A stretch of DNA of 64,000 nt from an uncultured Bacilli bacterium (lineage in GTDB: Bacteria > Bacillota_I > Bacilli_A > RFN20 > CAG-826): NCBI GenBank assembly GCA_934140155.1, contig CAKPBC010000001.1, positions 422,542-486,541 of the forward strand, given 5' to 3'. Under the pieces are notes generated by a model that saw only the letters and a program-made list of their open reading frames with translations, searched no databases and was not told the DNA's origin. A program made the position numbers and the translations under genes. Positions within the stretch are counted from its first letter, which is position 1; the number at the start of each line of letters is the position of its first letter. This document shows positions 60,919-64,000 of the stretch, one piece after another.

Positions 60919-63324
60919 TTAGTTAACTTTTTGAAAGTATTGAGTTGTTGCTAATTTTAATCCACTTGAGAAATCATTTAAGAATTGATAGTAAGTAATA
61001 GAGTTTGCATTACCTAATTTAGAAACATCTAATGTTACAACTTTACTTTCGCCAGGGTTTAATGTTATTTCTGTGCTAGGTACAGTATCAGATTCAAACT
61101 CGCCGCTCATATTAATTTGTTTAATCTTAAATGATATAGTTTCAGTTCCTTCATTTTTGAAAGTATAAATGATGTTATAATCTCCACCAACTTTATTAGA
61201 AGCCATATTTATAAATGAATAACCAGTTTTAACTTCGCCAGTCCAATTGAAATAAGTTACTGCTTCATAATGTTTATCTGTTTCGTTACCTACTAAGGTG
61301 AATCCTGTTGCAATAGAAGCAGATAATTGTTTTTGTGTAAATCCATTTATTCCACGTGGGTGAATTACATTTCGCTCTTGTTGATATGATAAATCAACAT
61401 GATAGTGATCTTTATAAGCAAAATATGGAATTAATGTAATATCCTCTGTTCCCATTACAAATTGCGAAATAGTCCAATATTTTGTCATGTCATTAGCGTT
61501 AATAAATCCTGCTACTTCATAATTCTCATTGCCTTCAACAATTAAATCTGGTAAAACTTTTTCTTCTTTCAATTTAGTAGAAGTAGTGCCATTAGCAAAT
61601 TTGACTTTTAAGTTACTACCTTCTATATTTTGAATTGTTACATTATGTGTAGGTAATGTTGATTGTTTCTTTGAGTATTGTGTCATAGCTAATCTTAATT
61701 TGCTTGAACAATTATTCTTAAACAAAATATATGTCATCATATTGACATTGCTGAATCCTGCAACTTCTAATTCAAAGGAAACAATTTCATTTGGTTTAAT
61801 AGTTACACTCTTATGAGGGTTACTAGCAGCAGTAGGATTAGCACTACCATTTGTTTGCCATATTTCGAGATTTAATGTATCACTACCTTGATTTTGTAGT
61901 TTATAAATTAAATCCATTCTATCTGCACCATTAATTTTTGCGGAATTACAAGTTAAGAAACTCCATCCCTCTTGAGGCGCTTTATCATATTGATATAATG
62001 TGGCAACTTCCGCAAAACTATTTGTGTCTTTGATAATAGTTTTTGAAACTTTGTTTCTGAATGCGTTAACCTCGAATCCATTTGAACCAATAGTATGAAT
62101 AGGTTTATAACCTTCACTAGTATCATTTAGGTTGATTTTTCCGCCTTTACTAAATTCTTCTAAAAATTCATTAACTTCAAAATAAGGTGCGATTTGAACA
62201 TCGTATTTTGGCATTGCGAATTCTTTAGCTAACCATGTTTCTGATGGGTTATTGACATTATACCAGCCTACAATTTTATAGTCATCTAATTTGTTTTTTA
62301 TAGAAGGCATTTCATAGAATTCCCAAACGTTAGCTTCATTAGTATCATCTTCAAATGTTACTTTATCACTTACAATTGTTAATTTGTGTTGTACAATTTT
62401 TGGTAGTGGATCAGAAGTAACCAAAACATCTGAATTTGAGAAGAAGTATTGTTTAACTTTGTTACCAGATTCATCTTCTGAATCAACTTCTTTATATAAA
62501 CCACTAGCTAGACCAGTAGTTATATCTGGAAGTTTAGCTGTTCCAAATGAGACAGGAGTTTCACCATCGTTACAGATACGTTTTACTTGACCTAAGCGAT
62601 TTAAAGATGGTGGAAGCAAAATCTCAAAACTAGATAAGTCCCAATAATGAGGCTCATAACCAGTTATATTTGCAGTTGTATTAAGAGTGATACAATCAAA
62701 TATTGCCTGTGTATAAGGTGTATAAGGTTTAGTTTCAAAAATGATTTTATTTTCCCCCGCGACAATATTTATAGGTGTTCTTATAGACGCCATACCATAT
62801 TCATCGCCAGTCTTAGGAATTGAGTCGTTAATCCCTAAAAGTTTTTTGTTTACTTTAATTGAATATAAGTCACTAAAACTAAAAGCAGTGAATACGTTGC
62901 TATTACATACTGATACTCTTATATCCATATTGATGGTTACATTCTTATCAGAATTAAATGTAAAAACAACTTGATTTTTCTCTTTCTCAGTAGGAGAAGT
63001 GAAAATGTTATATAGAGCCATGCCACCACTTAAGCCGTCACTAAAATAATATGATGCTCCAGTACAAGCGTGGTCTAACATTGAAGATCCGTTAGAACTC
63101 TTTCCTTTGAATTCGGCGTTTTCTGCTTCGAATGTATAAGAAGTTAATCCTTCTTCTAATGTTGTTTCGTCGATATAATCGATTGGCGTTTCTGTGTTAT
63201 CAGCAATAATTTTATTTTTATCTTTGATTCCATTAGCGGCACTTACGACACTTGCTATAACTACAATGCCGCAAATAACACTAACGCCAGTAACACCTAA
63301 TGTGAAAATTGATGGTTTTTTCAT
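60919..63324 (-). CDS. Large secreted/surface protein (801 aa) with N-terminal signal anchor; repeated beta-rich modules
   Basis: MKKPSIFTLGVTGVSVICGIVVIASVVSAANG; RBS GGAGGT. Internal repeats (...GWSFLTCNSAKINGADRMDLIYKLQNQGSDTLNLEIWQTNGS... / ...GYSFINMASNKVGGDYNIIYTFKNEGTETISFKIKQINMSG...). Start overlaps the upstream gene stop (ATGA). Confidence 0.7.
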   Translation of the reverse strand: MKKPSIFTLGVTGVSVICGIVVIASVVSAANGIKDKNKIIADNTETPIDYIDETTLEEGLTSYTFEAENAEFKGKSSNGSSMLDHACTGASYYFSDGLSGGMALYNIFTSPTEKEKNQVVFTFNSDKNVTINMDIRVSVCNSNVFTAFSFSDLYSIKVNKKLLGINDSIPKTGDEYGMASIRTPINIVAGENKIIFETKPYTPYTQAIFDCITLNTTANITGYEPHYWDLSSFEILLPPSLNRLGQVKRICNDGETPVSFGTAKLPDITTGLASGLYKEVDSEDESGNKVKQYFFSNSDVLVTSDPLPKIVQHKLTIVSDKVTFEDDTNEANVWEFYEMPSIKNKLDDYKIVGWYNVNNPSETWLAKEFAMPKYDVQIAPYFEVNEFLEEFSKGGKINLNDTSEGYKPIHTIGSNGFEVNAFRNKVSKTIIKDTNSFAEVATLYQYDKAPQEGWSFLTCNSAKINGADRMDLIYKLQNQGSDTLNLEIWQTNGSANPTAASNPHKSVTIKPNEIVSFELEVAGFSNVNMMTYILFKNNCSSKLRLAMTQYSKKQSTLPTHNVTIQNIEGSNLKVKFANGTTSTKLKEEKVLPDLIVEGNENYEVAGFINANDMTKYWTISQFVMGTEDITLIPYFAYKDHYHVDLSYQQERNVIHPRGINGFTQKQLSASIATGFTLVGNETDKHYEAVTYFNWTGEVKTGYSFINMASNKVGGDYNIIYTFKNEGTETISFKIKQINMSGEFESDTVPSTEITLNPGESKVVTLDVSKLGNANSITYYQFLNDFSSGLKLATTQYFQKVN

Positions 63325-64000
63325 TGTTTTTTACCTCCATTTTCTAAAGGCTTTTTAATGTATTTTTTCTCTATGAAGTCATAAACATAACACCAAGTTA
63401 ATAGCAAAGCAGATCCAGCAAATAAAGTAATTACGCTTGTATTTGCAGCTTTAATGATATATTTCCAGTTTGCTTGTAATTCGATAATCTTCGTACTTGA
63501 TGATATTCCATTCATAGCAGCACTATGAACGACTGTATACAAGATACGATGTACTTCTAATCGCATCGCTTGAGCAACGTGACCATAACCAGTTGTTCCT
63601 GGCTTACAAATATCAAATACTGGATAACCAGAGAAGTCACGGTCAACAAGAGCATTACCATTTAAAGCGCCAATAGCAAGTCTTTGCCAGTGTGGATCAA
63701 GTACGAAGTCAGTAACAGCAAATCCGCTCATACCGAATTCATCATGTAAGACATTATTAATAAATCCTTGTTTACCTGTCCAGATAGCGCCAATCTTGTT
63801 ATAACCTGACATTACGCATTGTGCGCCACCTTCGCTAATAGCTAATTCAAATTGACGTAAGTATAATTCACGAATTGTTTGTTCGTTTGCCCATGTAGCA
63901 ACATATAATCTATTACCTTCTTGTTCATTTAATATAGCGTGTTTTAAATAAACATAAATTCCTTTTTCTACTAATCCTTTACATAATGCAGCACAGATTT
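63321..64000 (-). CDS. GH3-like glycosidase, C-terminal portion (5' end outside window); paralogue of 4496-7618, with C-terminal TM anchor
   Basis: Frame stays open to position 64000: ...GIYVYLKHAILNEQEGNRLYVATWANEQTIRELYLRQFELAISEGGAQCVMSGYNKIG... then ...HRILYTVVHSAAMNGISSS..., then hydrophobic VITLFAGSALLLTWCYVY and a basic tail. Aligns motif for motif with aa ~840-1040 of the 4496 gene. Confidence 0.7.
   Translation of the reverse strand, partial: ICAALCKGLVEKGIYVYLKHAILNEQEGNRLYVATWANEQTIRELYLRQFELAISEGGAQCVMSGYNKIGAIWTGKQGFINNVLHDEFGMSGFAVTDFVLDPHWQRLAIGALNGNALVDRDFSGYPVFDICKPGTTGYGHVAQAMRLEVHRILYTVVHSAAMNGISSSTKIIELQANWKYIIKAANTSVITLFAGSALLLTWCYVYDFIEKKYIKKPLENGGKKQ

Overview
This is a low-GC (about 28-30%) bacterial window. 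Long ORFs read in the standard code, and TGG encodes Trp in the conserved enolase, so UGA is not Trp here. It carries many lipoproteins with the Cys lipobox (L-x-x-C) and long Ser/Thr-rich linkers. Several surface enzymes are held by C-terminal transmembrane anchors rather than sortase motifs. Together this looks like an Erysipelotrichia-like or wall-less (Acholeplasma-like) Bacillota that forages host or dietary glycans, but taxonomy cannot be settled from sequence alone.

Housekeeping anchors are enolase, class I fructose-bisphosphate aldolase, AsnA, KtrAB, a PfkB sugar kinase, an SPFH/band-7 protein and a YhaO/YhaN (SbcCD-like) pair.

Carbohydrate genes are two circularly permuted, doubly membrane-anchored GH3-like enzymes at the two window ends (paralogues), two GH2 enzymes, and a TetR-regulated operon of a GPH symporter, a GH36-like enzyme and a GT28-like GT-B glycosyltransferase.

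There are two three-gene operons of large Ser/Thr-linker lipoproteins, one containing an M6-like Zn-metalloprotease, and an operon of two paralogous secreted proteins separated by a 43-aa acidic peptide ORF.

Accessory content:
- HipBA beside a roughly 1-kb graveyard of gene fragments.
- A 1470-aa SWIM-SNF2 helicase.
- AbiEi/AbiEii plus a stand-alone TerY-like vWA protein.
- An orphan RelB/DinJ antitoxin.
- An HPK10/LytTR two-component pair.
- A compact islet between eno/SPFH and fda encoding a TPR protein, a TerB-like protein, a signal-less minimal trypsin-fold protease and a NUDIX hydrolase.

That islet is my best candidate for an undescribed system. A promoter, structured leader and terminator sit just upstream of the SPFH gene.

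No rRNA, tRNA, CRISPR array, integrase or transposase was seen.
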